Below are positions 1-11,747 of a DNA stretch of 64,000 nucleotides, in pieces (positions within the stretch are counted from its first letter, which is position 1; each line of letters starts with the position of its first letter). Below the pieces are notes generated by a model. It made no database searches. It worked only from the letters and a program-made list of their open reading frames with translations, and had not been told where the DNA came from. Where the stretch lies: contig CM059432.1 of assembly GCA_030390025.1 (NCBI GenBank), forward strand, positions 61,692,001 through 61,756,000, read 5' to 3'. A program made the position numbers and the translations under genes. Origin of the DNA: Squalus acanthias (lineage: Eukaryota).

Positions 1-500
1 GCATGTATGTAAAGAATAGGAGAGGGCCAAGAATGGAACTCCCAAGGCGAACGTGCAAGAGGGCAGGAGGAAGCTATTTCAGGTGTGCTAATTGGAAGGA
101 GGTCAAGAATGCAGGAGCTGTGTCTTGTGGAGGAGAATAGCCTGATAAAGGAGAATGGAACTCTGGGGCACTCCTGACCTGATCATACAAGGGGAGGGAG
201 GAGGAGCTATTGGAGGTTATGTTGGCACAGGTAGGAGTGAAACTGAGTGAGGGCAGTGCTACAGGAGTGACAAACATTGAACACCACAGAAAGGTTGAGG
301 AGTGCAAGAAAGGATAGTGCACCATAATTGCAGTCACAAGTTGAAGCCATTGGTGACTTTGACTAGTTCAATCATGGTGCTTTAGGCAGGGTGGAAACTG
401 GTCATAATGGAGGAGAAGCTACAGAGTGATATAAATTTGGGGGACAGGTAAGAGGAGGTTTACGGATAGTCAAGAATGGAGGATGAGGCAGCCAGGCTCA
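1..500 (-). mobile_element. Old degenerate LINE (L2-like) fragment
   Basis: Purine-rich + strand texture similar to the other minus-strand L2 remnants; no intact motif. Confidence 0.3.
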
Positions 501-553
501 ACTGCCTCTGTTTTTATGAAACTTACCCATCTTTTTCTTTTTTACTTGTTTAG

Positions 554-767
554 TGCACTTGGTAGATGTTTGGAATATTATAGAGGCATTCAGAGAAAAT
601 GGGCTAAATACAATGGATCCGAATGCTGAACTCAGTGTGGCTCGCTTGGAAGCTATCATCTCCACAATACTTTACCAGCTGAACAAACGAATGCCAACCA
701 CCCATCAAATAAATGTCGAACAGTCCATTAGTTTACTGCTGAACTTTCTGCTTGCTGCCTATGATGG
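554..767 (+). CDS. DTNA: Dystrobrevin alpha, internal coding exon A (214 nt, EF-hand region)
   Basis: Pyrimidine tract + AG at 552-553, donor GTACGT at 768. Encodes [70 protein letters not shown], recognisable as dystrobrevin; ends phase 2 and joins exon B in frame. Confidence 0.96.
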
Positions 768-1446
768 GTACGTTTTAGAGCAGTTACTCTTTGCACATTG
801 ATCTTAGTTTTTGAACTTTATTGGAGGTCTTAAACTTGACTGTAATTGTCCAGATCCAGTGGATCTTAACATTCACGTGAAAGCAAGGCCCTGAGCCTGA
901 ATTGTTGTATTTTTTCATCCTGTTCCATCCTTCTACTGTTTATTTGTGGCATTCTACCTGAAGAAAATTGAGCATAGTTAATTTTTTTATTATGTATTAG
1001 TGATTTTTATTCTCTGTTCTGGGGGAAGAATAACCTGAACACTGGCAGAACTCCCAGACTTTGTGCAGTTTCTGTTAGTGCCAAATGGCATGAAATAACA
1101 CAGTGCCAAAAGCAGTGAACAATCTCTTTGTGCGATCATTGAATGGTTGCTGTCAGCGAGTGAAAAATATTCACTCTGAAATTGTGACAGTGAGTTTGTG
1201 GGAGAAAAGTTTTTCACAAGACACACTTGTGGTATGATGGAGAACCAGTCTATTGAATTCTCATTGTAACTTCCAAAATATTTTCTGTGATATAATGGTG
1301 CAACATTTTTTAATGCCAGCTGTTTCAAAGTAGATCAGAAGAATGCATAAAACCGTAGAACATTCTGAATGAGATGAAATGTGATTTATTTTTAAGGCAG
1401 AAATACAACTCATTTCTATGAAAATTCACAAGTCCTAAAACACAGT

Positions 1447-2190
1447 GTGGCCGATTTTCATATATACTGCACATTGAGTGGACGATGGGCGAAGTGATCT
1501 CACCACCCACTCAATGGCACTAGCGACGGTCCCAAACCATTTTCATGGTCAAACCTCATTTTAATTATCGGAAGTGTGTGCTTGAAGAAGGAAGAAGGCA
1601 TCCGGGGGTGGGCACAAGGGGCCGGCAGCGGGCTGAAACATTTCTGTGGGGAATGGAGGAGCATTCTCCTGGCCCCAGAAAAATCAGTGCACCAATGCCA
1701 CAGATTTTTCCTGCATTTTTAGAGCAGCTTGCAGCAGTCCCTTTAAGGATAGCTGTATGGCCAGTCAACGCACAGTTCCATTGGGTGTCGCGCATGCTAC
1801 TACAAATGGCGTTGGACCTGATTTAAATATTTCAATAAGGCTACCTGTTCTGGGTGGAAGCGCTGGCTACCAATTTTAATATCCCGCGTGAAAATCAAGT
1901 CTGTTGAGTTGCAGGCGGCCAGTGGGTGATAGATTTTTAAACAAAATTTTTGTCTGCCTACCAATGTTCCCTGAAATTTTTTGGGGGCTACATGGTCCCT
2001 TTAAGGGGCTGCACAGCTCATTCAAAATACCACCATGCGCGTTTTTTCTATTTAAAAGCCGGCTTGCCCGGCTGCGCGGGACCCCTGGAGTGGGCGCAGC
2101 TTACAGGGAACATTGCTGCCTACCGTACCTTTTTTCAGGGAGAATGGGGCAGAATTTGCCCCCCGCCCCCGCTACAATGTGGAGTAGTTA
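1447..2190. mobile_element. Degenerate non-autonomous Harbinger-like element
   Basis: Starts GTGGCCGATTTT (family TIR-like) after AAAACAC-AGT; GC-rich interior; right end unclear. Confidence 0.4.
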
Positions 2191-2455
2191 AATGGAAACT
2201 CAACAGTTTTGTGGTACAATACTTTTTGCATCATTTCACTGTATAATTCTGCAAGAAAAGCATCTCTCTTCATTTTGTTGCACTTGTTTCCCAGTATAAA
2301 TGTGAGAGAACTATTTAGTAAGTTGCTGGTTGGAACAAAATTCTCACAAGTTGTCCAAGGGATTGTAATTTGTAAGAGAGAGTTTGTTTTAGAATGTTGC
2401 ATTATTTTGCAGTCAGCTATTTTTGTGATGTTTGTACAAGGACAGCTGAGCATAA

Positions 2456-2930
2456 GGGAGTTGATTTTAACCCTAGTCGCCTGGCAGATACCGGGCGGGT
2501 GGGCAGTTAAAATTGTCCAGCTTACTTGCCCGCCCTGGAACTGCTGGGAGCTGAATGGTTGCAATTCTTACCTGCTCAACTGAGCAGGCAGCAAGGATAC
2601 TTGCCCAAAGCCAGCAAGATCCTTCTTAACATACGTCATCATCGGGAGCCAACTGTAATTTTAACTCGGCGGCCTGAACGGAAAGCGGCAATTAAGATCA
2701 TTTTTTTTCTTACTTTCCTTGTGGGGCCAGGAGGAGCGGGAATGCTTCTCTGAGCCCCACAAGGAAAGCTTCAGTCTGGCCTGCCACAAACTCACATCTC
2801 CCCATTCTTATCGCAAGATCTCCGCGGGATGGCCCTGGCAGCTGAACTTACCATTTACCTGCTGTCAGCAGGCGTCCCCTGGGCTGCGCGTTTGTCCGCC
2901 AACTTCCCGCCTGGAACCGGAATTTTCATA
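2456..2930. mobile_element. Non-autonomous Harbinger-like MITE remnant
   Basis: Begins GGGAGTTGATTTTAACCC; shares sequence with 31302-31957 (terminus in inverted orientation; TTCCTTGTGGGGCCAGGAGGAGC core). Confidence 0.55.
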
Positions 2931-3179
2931 TATTACAAGCAGATCTCTCATGGTGTTGCTCACGATGAGTCAGAGCATTTACTGTTTTATAGCAGATGGG
3001 GTGTTTATGCCATGTAGGGTATATTGTCAGAGACATGGATTTACAGTGACTAGCTATCTAACTCTAACTGATACATTTTTTTATACCATCATGATGTGAA
3101 TTTTCAGCTTTAAAACTGATCAGGGATAAACATTAAAAGCGTAATATAGATAAATTAATATTTTATAAAATAGATCTAA

Positions 3180-6037
3180 GGTCTAAGATAGGTTTACAGT
3201 GCATGTGTGTAAACACACGAAGTGTGGTAAATAAGGTTGGTGAGCTGCAGGCGCAAATAGCCATATGGGAATATGATGTTGTGGTGATAATGGAGACCTG
3301 GCTCAAAAAAGGGCAGGATTGGGTACTAAATATTCCTGGATATAAGGTGTTCAGGAAAGATAGAGAAGGAAAGAAAGAGGTGGGGTGGCAGTATTGATTA
3401 AGGAGAATATTACAGTGCTGGAGAGAGAGGATGTCCTGGAGGGTCAAGGACAGAATCTATTTGGTTAGAGTTGAGAAACAATAGAGCTGCCATTACACTA
3501 CTAGGTGTATTCTATAGGCCGCCAACTAATGGGCTGGATATAGAGGAGCAAATATGCAGAGAAATTACAGAGAGATGCAAGAACTATAGAGTGGTGATAA
3601 TGGGGGACTTCAATTATCCTAATATAGACTGGGATAGTAAGAGTGTAAAGGGCAGAGAGGGGGAAGAATTTCTGAATGTGTGTTCAGGAGAACTTTCTTG
3701 ATCAGTATGTTTCTGTCCCAACAAGAAAGGAGGCATTGCTGGATCTGGTTCTGGGGAATGAGGTGGGTCAAGTGGAGCAAGTGTCAGTAGGAGAACATTT
3801 AGGGAGCAGTGATCATAGTATCATAAGGTTTATATTAGCTATGGAAAAGGACAGGGAGCAACCTAGAGTAAAAATACTTAATTGGAGGAAGGCCAATATC
3901 AGTGGGTTGAGAACGGATCTGGCCCGGGTAAATTGGAATCAAAGATTGACAGGCAAAACTGTAATCAAACAATGGGCTAGCTTTAAAGAGGAAATAGTTT
4001 GTGTACAGTCGAGGTACATTCCCACGAAGGGGAAAGGTAGGGCAACCAAAGCCAGAGCTCCCTGGATGACAAAAGAGATAGAGAGTAAGATGAAGCAGAA
4101 AAAGGGGCCATATGACAGATATCAGGTTGAGAATACAAGTGACAACCAGGCTGAATATAGAAAGTTCAGAGGGGAATTAAAAAAGGAAATAAGAGGGGGC
4201 AAAGGGAGAGTATGAGAATTGACTGGCAGCTAACATAAAAGGGAATCCAAAAGTCTTCTATAGGCATATAAATAATAAATGAGTAGTAAGAGGAGGGGTG
4301 GGGCCAATTAGGGACCAAAAAAGGAGACTTACGCATGGGGGCAGAGGGCATGGCTGAGGTACTAAATGAGTACTTTGCATCTGTCTTTACCAAGGAAGAA
4401 GATGCTGCCATAGACATAGTGAAAGAGGAGGTAGTTGAGATACTGGCTGGGATAGAAATTGATGAAGAGGAGATACTAGAAAGGCTGGCTGTACTTAAAG
4501 TAGATAAGTCACCAGGACCAGATGGGATGCATTCTCGGATGCTGAGGGAGCTAAGGGTGGAAATTGCGGAGGTACTGGCCATAATCTTCCAATCCTCCTT
4601 AGATGCAGGAGTGGTGGCAGAGGACTGGAGAATTGTAAATGTTACACTCTTGTTCAAAAAAGGGTATAAGGATAAATCCAGCAACTACAGGCCAGTCAGT
4701 TTAACCTCGGTTGTGGGGAAGCTTTTGGAAATGATAATCCGGGAAAAATTAACCGTCACTTGGACAAGTGTGGATTAATTAAGGAAAGCCAGCACGGATT
4801 TGTCAAAGGCAAATTGTGTTTAACTGACTTGATTGAGTTTTTTGATAAGGTAACAGAGAGGGTTGATGAGGGCAATGCGGTTGATGTGGTGTACATAACT
4901 TCCAAAAGGCGTTTGATAAAGTGCCATATAATAGGCTTGCCAGCAAAGTTGAAGCCCATGGAATAAAAGGGACAGTGGCAGCATGGATACAAAATTGACT
5001 AAGTGACAGGAAACAGAGAGTAGTGGTGAACGGTTGTTTTTCGGACTGGAGGAAGGTACACAGTGGTGTTCCCCAGGGGTCGGTACTAGGACCACTGCTT
5101 TTCTTGATATATATTAATGACTTGGACTTGGGTGTACAGGGCACAATTTCAAAATTTGCACAAAACTTGGACGTATAGTGAACAGTGAGGAGGATAGTGA
5201 TAGACTTCAAGACAGACAGGCTGGTGGAATGGGCGGACACGTGGCAGATGAAATTTAACGCAGAAAAGTGCAAAGTGATACATTTTGGGAGGAAGATTAA
5301 GGAGAGGCAATATAAACTAAAGGATACAATTCTAAAGGGGGTGCATGAACAGAGAGACCTGGGGGTATATGTGCACAAATCGTTGAAGGTGGCAGGGCAG
5401 GTTGAGAAAGCAATTAAAAAATCTTACAGGATCCTGAGCTTCATAAATAGAGGCATAGAGTACAAAAGCAAAGAAGTTATGATGAACCTTTATAAAACAC
5501 TGGTTCGACCTCAACTGGAGTATTGTGTCCAATTCTGTGCACCGCACTTTAGGAAGGATGTGAAGGCCTTAGAGAGGGTGCAGAAAAGATTTACAAGAAT
5601 GGTTCCAGGGATGAGGGATTCAGTTACATGGACAGACTGGAGAAGCTGGGGTTGTTCTCCTTAGAGCAGTCCAGCAGTCATGAGGGGTCTAGATAGAGTA
5701 GATAGAGAGAAACTGTTCCCATTGACGGAAGGGTCGAGAACCACAGGGCACAGATTTAAGGTGATTGGCAGAAGAACCAAAGGCGAGATGAGGAAAAACT
5801 TTTTTACGCAGCGAGTGGTTAGGATCTGGAATGCACTGCCTGAAAGGGTGGTGGAGGCAGATTCAATCATGGCTTTCAAAAGGGAATTGGATGAGTACCT
5901 GAAGGAAAAAAATTTGCAGGGCTACGGGGAAAGGGCGGGGGAGTGGGACGAGCTGAAGTGCACTTGCAGAGAGCCGGCCTGGGCTCGACGGGCCGAATGG
6001 CCTCCTTCTGTGCTGTAACCATTCTATGATTCTATAA
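3180..6037 (+). mobile_element. CR1 LINE, 5'-truncated, frameshifted ORF2 (APE endonuclease + RT)
   Basis: ORF pieces with VNTRSVVNK, IMGDFNYPNIDW, LLDLVL, SDHSII, KSPGPDG, NYRPVSLTS, QHGF, PQLEYCVQF, FFTQRVVRIWNALP; ends in an ATTCTATGATTCTAT-type CR1 tail. Confidence 0.93.
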
Positions 6038-6394
6038 AATAAAGGCCACTTGCTTACAATTTTCACAGAATAATCGATACAGTCGTGGAATTCAATCCCC
6101 AAATCACAAGCAAAGTCCCAGAATACCATTTAGTAGAATTTGAAGTCTAATTTGTCAACAAATATTATTGTTTCATTAGTGATTATGTCCAAAATTTAGG
6201 TATAATTGCTCACAGGCACTCCGCAGACAATAATTAAAAGGAATGTATAATGCCAGTATCTCCCAGTCTGCTGCAGTGTCTTGAAGATGTTGCAGGATGT
6301 GTACTGGCTCACTGCTATGCTTGCATATATTGTTAAAAGCAGTCGTAACCCATCGTTAAAAATGTATTTGTGCTCTTAGTTCTTGGCAGGTAAC

Positions 6395-9300
6395 GGAAAC
6401 ATAGTGGTTATGTTACTGGACGAGTAATCGAGAGGCCTGGACTAATGATCCAGAGACATGAGTTCAAATCCCACCACAGCAGCTGTGGAATTTAAATTCA
6501 GTTAATTAAATAAATCTGGAATAATAAGCAAGTATCCGTAAAGGTGAACGTGAAATGATTGGATTGTCGTAAAAACCCGTCCTTTAGCGAAGGAAATCTG
6601 CCATCCTTACCTGGTCTGGCCTATATGTGACTCCAGACCCACAGCAATGTGGTTGACTCTTAACTGCCCTCGGAACTGGCCTAGCAAGCCACTCAGTTGT
6701 AACAAACTGCAACAAAGAAAATAATAAGGAAACCGGACGGACCACCCGGCATCGACCTCGGTACCGGCTTCAGACATGACATCGGCACATCCAGCCCAGT
6801 CAACCCTGTAAAGTCCTCCGGACTAACATCTGGGGACTTGTGCCAAAATTGGGAGAGCTGTCCCACAGACTAGTCAAGCAACAGCCTGACATAGTCATAC
6901 TCACAGAATCATACCTTTCAGCCAACGTCCCAGATTCCTCCATCACCATCCCTGGGTATGTCCTGTCCCACCGGCAGGACAGACCCACCAGGGGTGGCGG
7001 CACAGTGGTATACAGTCGGGAAGGAGTGGCCCTGGGAGTCCTCAACATTGACTCCGGACCCCATGAAGTCTCATGGCCTCAGGTCAAGCATGAGCAAGGA
7101 AACCTCCTGCTGATTACCACCGACCACCCTCCCTCAGCTGATGAGTCAGTACTCCTCCATGTTGAACACCACTTGGAAGAAGTACTGAGAGTAGCAAGGG
7201 CACAGAATGTACACTGGGTAGAGGACTTCAATGTCCGTCACGAAGAGTGGCTCGGTAGCACCACTACTGACCGAGCTGGCCGAGTCCTGAAAGACATAGC
7301 TGCCAGACTAGGACTGCGGCAGGTGGTAAGAGAACCAAAATGAGGGAAAGGCCTACTTGACCTCATCCTCACCAATCTACCTGTCGCAGATGCATCTGTC
7401 CATGACAGCTGTGACCACTGCATAGTCCTTGTGGGGACGGAATCCCGTCATCACACTGAGGACACCCTCCATTGTGTTGTGTAGCACTACCACTGTGCTA
7501 AATGGGTTAGAATCAGAACAGATCTAGCAGCTCAAATCTGGGCATCCATGAGGCGCTGTGGGCCATCAGCAGCAGCAGAATTGTATTCCACCACAATCTG
7601 TAACCTCATGGCCCTGCATATCCCTCACTCTACCATTACCATCAAGCCAGGAGACCAACCCTGGTTCAATGAGGAGTGCAGAAGAGCATGCTGGGAGCAG
7701 CACCAGGCGTACCTAAAAATGAGGTGCCAAACTGGGAAAGCTGCAACACAGGACTATATGTATGCTAAACAGGGGAAGCAGCATGCTATAGACAGAGCTA
7801 AGCAATCCCACAATCAATGGATCAGGTCAAAGCTCGGCAGTCCTGTCACATCCAGTCGTGAATGGTGGTGGACAATTAAGCAACTAACGGGAGGAGGAGG
7901 CTCCATGAATATCCCATCCTCAATGATGGCGGAGCCCAGCACACGAGTGCAAAAGACAAGGCTGAAGCGTTTGCAACCATCTTCATCCAGAAGTACCAAG
8001 TGGATGATCCATATCGGCCTCCTCCAGAGGTCCCCACCATCACAGAAGCCAGTCTTCAGCCAATTCAATTCACTCCACGTGATATCAAGAAATGGCTGAG
8101 CGCACTGGATACAACAAAGGCTATGGGCCCTGACAACATCCCGGATGTCGTGCTGAAGACTTGTGCTCCAGAACTAGCCGCACCTCTAGCCAAGCTGTTC
8201 CAGATTGGTGAAGTCAAGCGTAGGTCCCTTGCAGTCAGAATCAGGGGAACTTATAATGGGGAACAAAGAAATGGCAGACCAATTAAATACATATTTTGGT
8301 TCTGTCTTCACAAAGGAGGACACAAATAACCTCCCAGAGATGTCGGGGAACATAGGGTCTGATGAAAGGGGGGAACTGAAAGAAATCAGTATTTGTAGGG
8401 AAATGGTGTTAGGGAAATTGGCTGGATTGAAGGCCAATAAATCCCCAGGGCTTGATAATCTACATCCTAGGGTACTTAAGGAAGTGGCCCTAGAAATAGT
8501 AGATGCATTGCTGATCATCTTCCAACATTCGATGGAATCTGAAACAATACCCATGGATTGGAGGGTAGCTAATGTTACCCCACTATTCAAAAAAGGTGGT
8601 AGAGAGAAAACGGGGAATTACAGACATCAGCCTGACATCGGTAGTGGGGAAAATGCTAGAGTCCATTATAAAAGATGTAATAGCAGAGCACTTGGAAAAC
8701 AGTGACAGGATTGGACAAAGTCAACATGGATTTACAAAAGGTAAATCGTGCTTGACTAATCTACTGGAATTTTTTGAGGATGTAAATAGATAAGGGAGAA
8801 CCAGTGGATGTGGTGTATTTGGACTTTCAAAAGGCTTTCGATAAGGTCCCACATAAGAGATTAGCGTGTAAAGTTAAGGCACATGGGATTGGGGGCAAGG
8901 TATTGACTTGGATAGAGAACTGTTTGGCAGACAGAAAGCAAAGAGTTGGAATAAACGGGTCTTTTTCCGAGTGGCAGGCATTGACTAGTGGGGTACCGCA
9001 GGGATCGTTCCTTGGACCCCAGCTATTCACAATATATATTAATGATCTAGACAAGGGAACTAGATGTAATATCTCCAAGTTTGCAGACGACACAAAGCTG
9101 GGTGGGCGTGTGTGCTGTGAGGAGGATACCGAGAAACTCCAGGATGATTTGGACAGGTTGGGTGATTGGGCAGAAGCATGGCAGATGCAATATAATGTGG
9201 ATAAATGCGAGGTTATCCACTTTGGTGGCAAAAACAGGAAGGCAGATTATTATCTGAATGGCAATAGATTGGGAGAAGGGGAAGTGCAACGAGACCTGGG

Positions 9301-11466
9301 TGTCCTTGTGCACCAGTCGCTGAAGGTAAGCATGCAGATGCAGCAGGTGGTTAAGAAGGCAAATGGTATGTTGGCCTTCGTAGCGAGTGGGTTTGAGTAC
9401 AGGAACAAGGATGTCTTGCTGCAGTTGTACAGGGCCTTGGTGAGACCACATCTTGAGTATTGTGTGCAGTTTTGGTCGCCTTATCTGAGGAAGGAGGTTC
9501 TTGCCATGGAAGGAGTTCAGCGAAGATTCACTTGGCTGATACCTGGGATGGCAGGAATGACGTATGAGGAGAGATTGGGTCGATTGGGCTTATACTCGCT
9601 GGAGTTTAGAAGAATGAGAGGGGATCTCATTGAAACTTATAAAATTCTGACAGGACTGGACAGACTAGATGCAGGAAGGATGTTCCCGATGGTCGGGGAG
9701 TCCAAAACCAAGGGTCACAGGATAAGGGGTAAGCCATTTAGGACAGAAATGAGGAGGAATTTCTTCACCCAGAGAGTGGTGAACCTGTGGAATTCTCTAC
9801 CACAGAAGGCAGTAGAGGCCAATTCATTAAATATATTCAAGAAGGAGTTGGATATATTTCTTAAGGCTAAAGGGATCAAGGGATTTGGGGAGAAAGCAGG
9901 GACAGGGTTCTGAATTTAGATGATCAGCCATGATCGCATTGAATGGCGGAGCAGGCTAGAAGGGCTGAATGGCCTACTCCTGCTCCTATCTTCTATGTTT
10001 CTAAGTACAGCTACAACACTGCCATCTATCCAACAATGTGGAAAACTGCCCAGGTATGTCCTGTCCACAAAAAGCAGGACAAATCCAATCCAGCCAATTA
10101 CCGCCCCATCAGTCTACTCTCAATCATCAGCAAAGTGATGGAATGTGTCTTCGACAGTGCTATCAAGCGGCACTTGCTAACCAATAACCTGCTCACTGAT
10201 GCTCAGTTTGGTTTCCGCCAAGACCACTCAGCTCCAGACCTCTGCACAGCCTTGGTCCAAACATGGACAAAAGAGCTGAATTCCAGAGGTGAGGTGAGAG
10301 TGACTGCCCTTGACATCAAGGCAGCATTTGATCGAGTGTGACATCAAGGAGCCCTAGTAAAATTGAAGTCAATGGGAATCAGGGGAAAACTCTCCACTGG
10401 CTGTAGTCATACTTAACACAAAGGAAGATGGTTGTGGTTGTTGGAGGTCAATCATCTCAGCCCCAGGACGTCGCTGCACTAGTTCCTCAGGGCAGTGTCC
10501 TAGGCCCAACCATCTTCAGCTGCTTCATCAATGACCTTCCCTCCATCATAAGGTCAGAAGTGGGGATGTTCGCTGATGACTACACAGTGTTCCGTTCCAT
10601 TCGCAACTCCTCAGATAGTGAAGCAGTCCATGCCCGAATGCAGCAAGACCTGGACGACATTCAGGCTTGGGCGGATAAGTGGCAGGTAACATTCGCACCA
10701 GACAAATGCCAGGCACTGACTATCTCCAACAAGCAAGAGTCTAACCTCTGCCCCTTGAAACTCAATGGCATTACCATCACTGAAACCCCTACCATCAACA
10801 TCCTGGGGGTCACCATTGACCAGAAACATAACTTGACCAGCCACATAAATACCGTGGCAACAAGAGCAGGTCAGAGACTGGGGATTCTGTGGCGAGTGTC
10901 TCACCTCCTAACTCCCCAAATCCTTTCCACCATCTACAAAGCACAAGTCAGGAGTGTGATGGAATACTCTCCACTTGCCTGGATGAGTACAGCTCCAACA
11001 AAACTCAAGAAGCTCCAGGACAAAGCAGCCCGCTTGATTGGCACCCCATCCACCACCTTAAACATTCACTCCCTCCACCACCGGCGCACCATGGCTGCAG
11101 TGTGTACTATCTACAAGATGCACTGCAGCAACTCACCAAGGCTTCTTCGGCAGCACCTCCCAAACCCACGACCTCTACCACCTAGAAGGACAAGGGCAGC
11201 AGGTGCATGCGAACACCATCACCTGCAAGTTCCCCTCCAAGTTACAGACCATCCTGACTTGGAAATATATCTCCATTCCTTCCTCATTGTTGGGTCAAAA
11301 TCCTGGAACTCCCCTCTTAATAGACTGTGGGAGTACCTTCACCATACGGACTGCAGCGGTTCAAGAAGGCAGCTTACCACCACCAACTTCTCATGGGCAA
11401 TTAGGGATGGGCAATAAATGCTGGCCTTGCCAGTGACGCCCACATCCCAGGAACGAATAAAAAAAT
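6395..11466 (+). mobile_element. LINE family B (CR1/L2-group APE+RT) with tRNA-like 5' head; interrupted by a CR1 at 8204-10005
   Basis: B-box GAGTTCAAATCC at 6460-6471; APE start KVLRTNIWGLVPKLGEL...PDIVILTESYL near 6810; RT motifs [39 protein letters not shown]; 3' end GGGCAATAAATGCTGGCC...GAATAAAAAAA. Confidence 0.9.
8204..10005 (+). mobile_element. CR1 LINE, 5'-truncated, nested in LINE family B
   Basis: 369-aa uninterrupted RT C-terminal ORF 8804-9913 (YLDFQKAFDKVPH, GVPQGS, KFADD); TTCTATGT-type tail; host sequence GTTCCAG|TACAGC rejoins exactly around it. Confidence 0.93.
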
Positions 11467-11747
11467 ACTCCATATTGTCTGCAACAGCCAAGAAACTTGC
11501 TTTGAACTGGAGCTTAAATAACATAAAGGGTTTTAAATGTTAACGCATATACTCAGTGCCAGCAACTTCCTAAACAGAATTGTGTGTGTGAAATGTGAAT
11601 CTGGCTTCCCAAAACCTAGCCCATTTATAATTCTTTCAACTCAACATGGACTATACGTGATTATCTTGTTAATTGTGTAGGATCTATAATCTCAGCAAGG
11701 TTGGTTACTGAAGAACAACAAAAAAAAATCTGATATTTAAACTCATG

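Noticed and set aside
553..801. ORF-track starts and stops overlapping DTNA exons (553-801, 34452-34805, 51631-51873, 53037-53267) as standalone genes
   Set aside because: Similarity stops at canonical splice sites; extensions are intronic read-through.
6395..6480. Genuine tRNA gene
   Set aside because: Degenerate A-box, duplicated arm, no acceptor stem or downstream T-run; contiguous with a retroelement.
8804..11417. Active reverse transcriptase genes (369-aa and 329-aa ORFs)
   Set aside because: Both are fragments of truncated, frameshifted or interrupted LINE copies.
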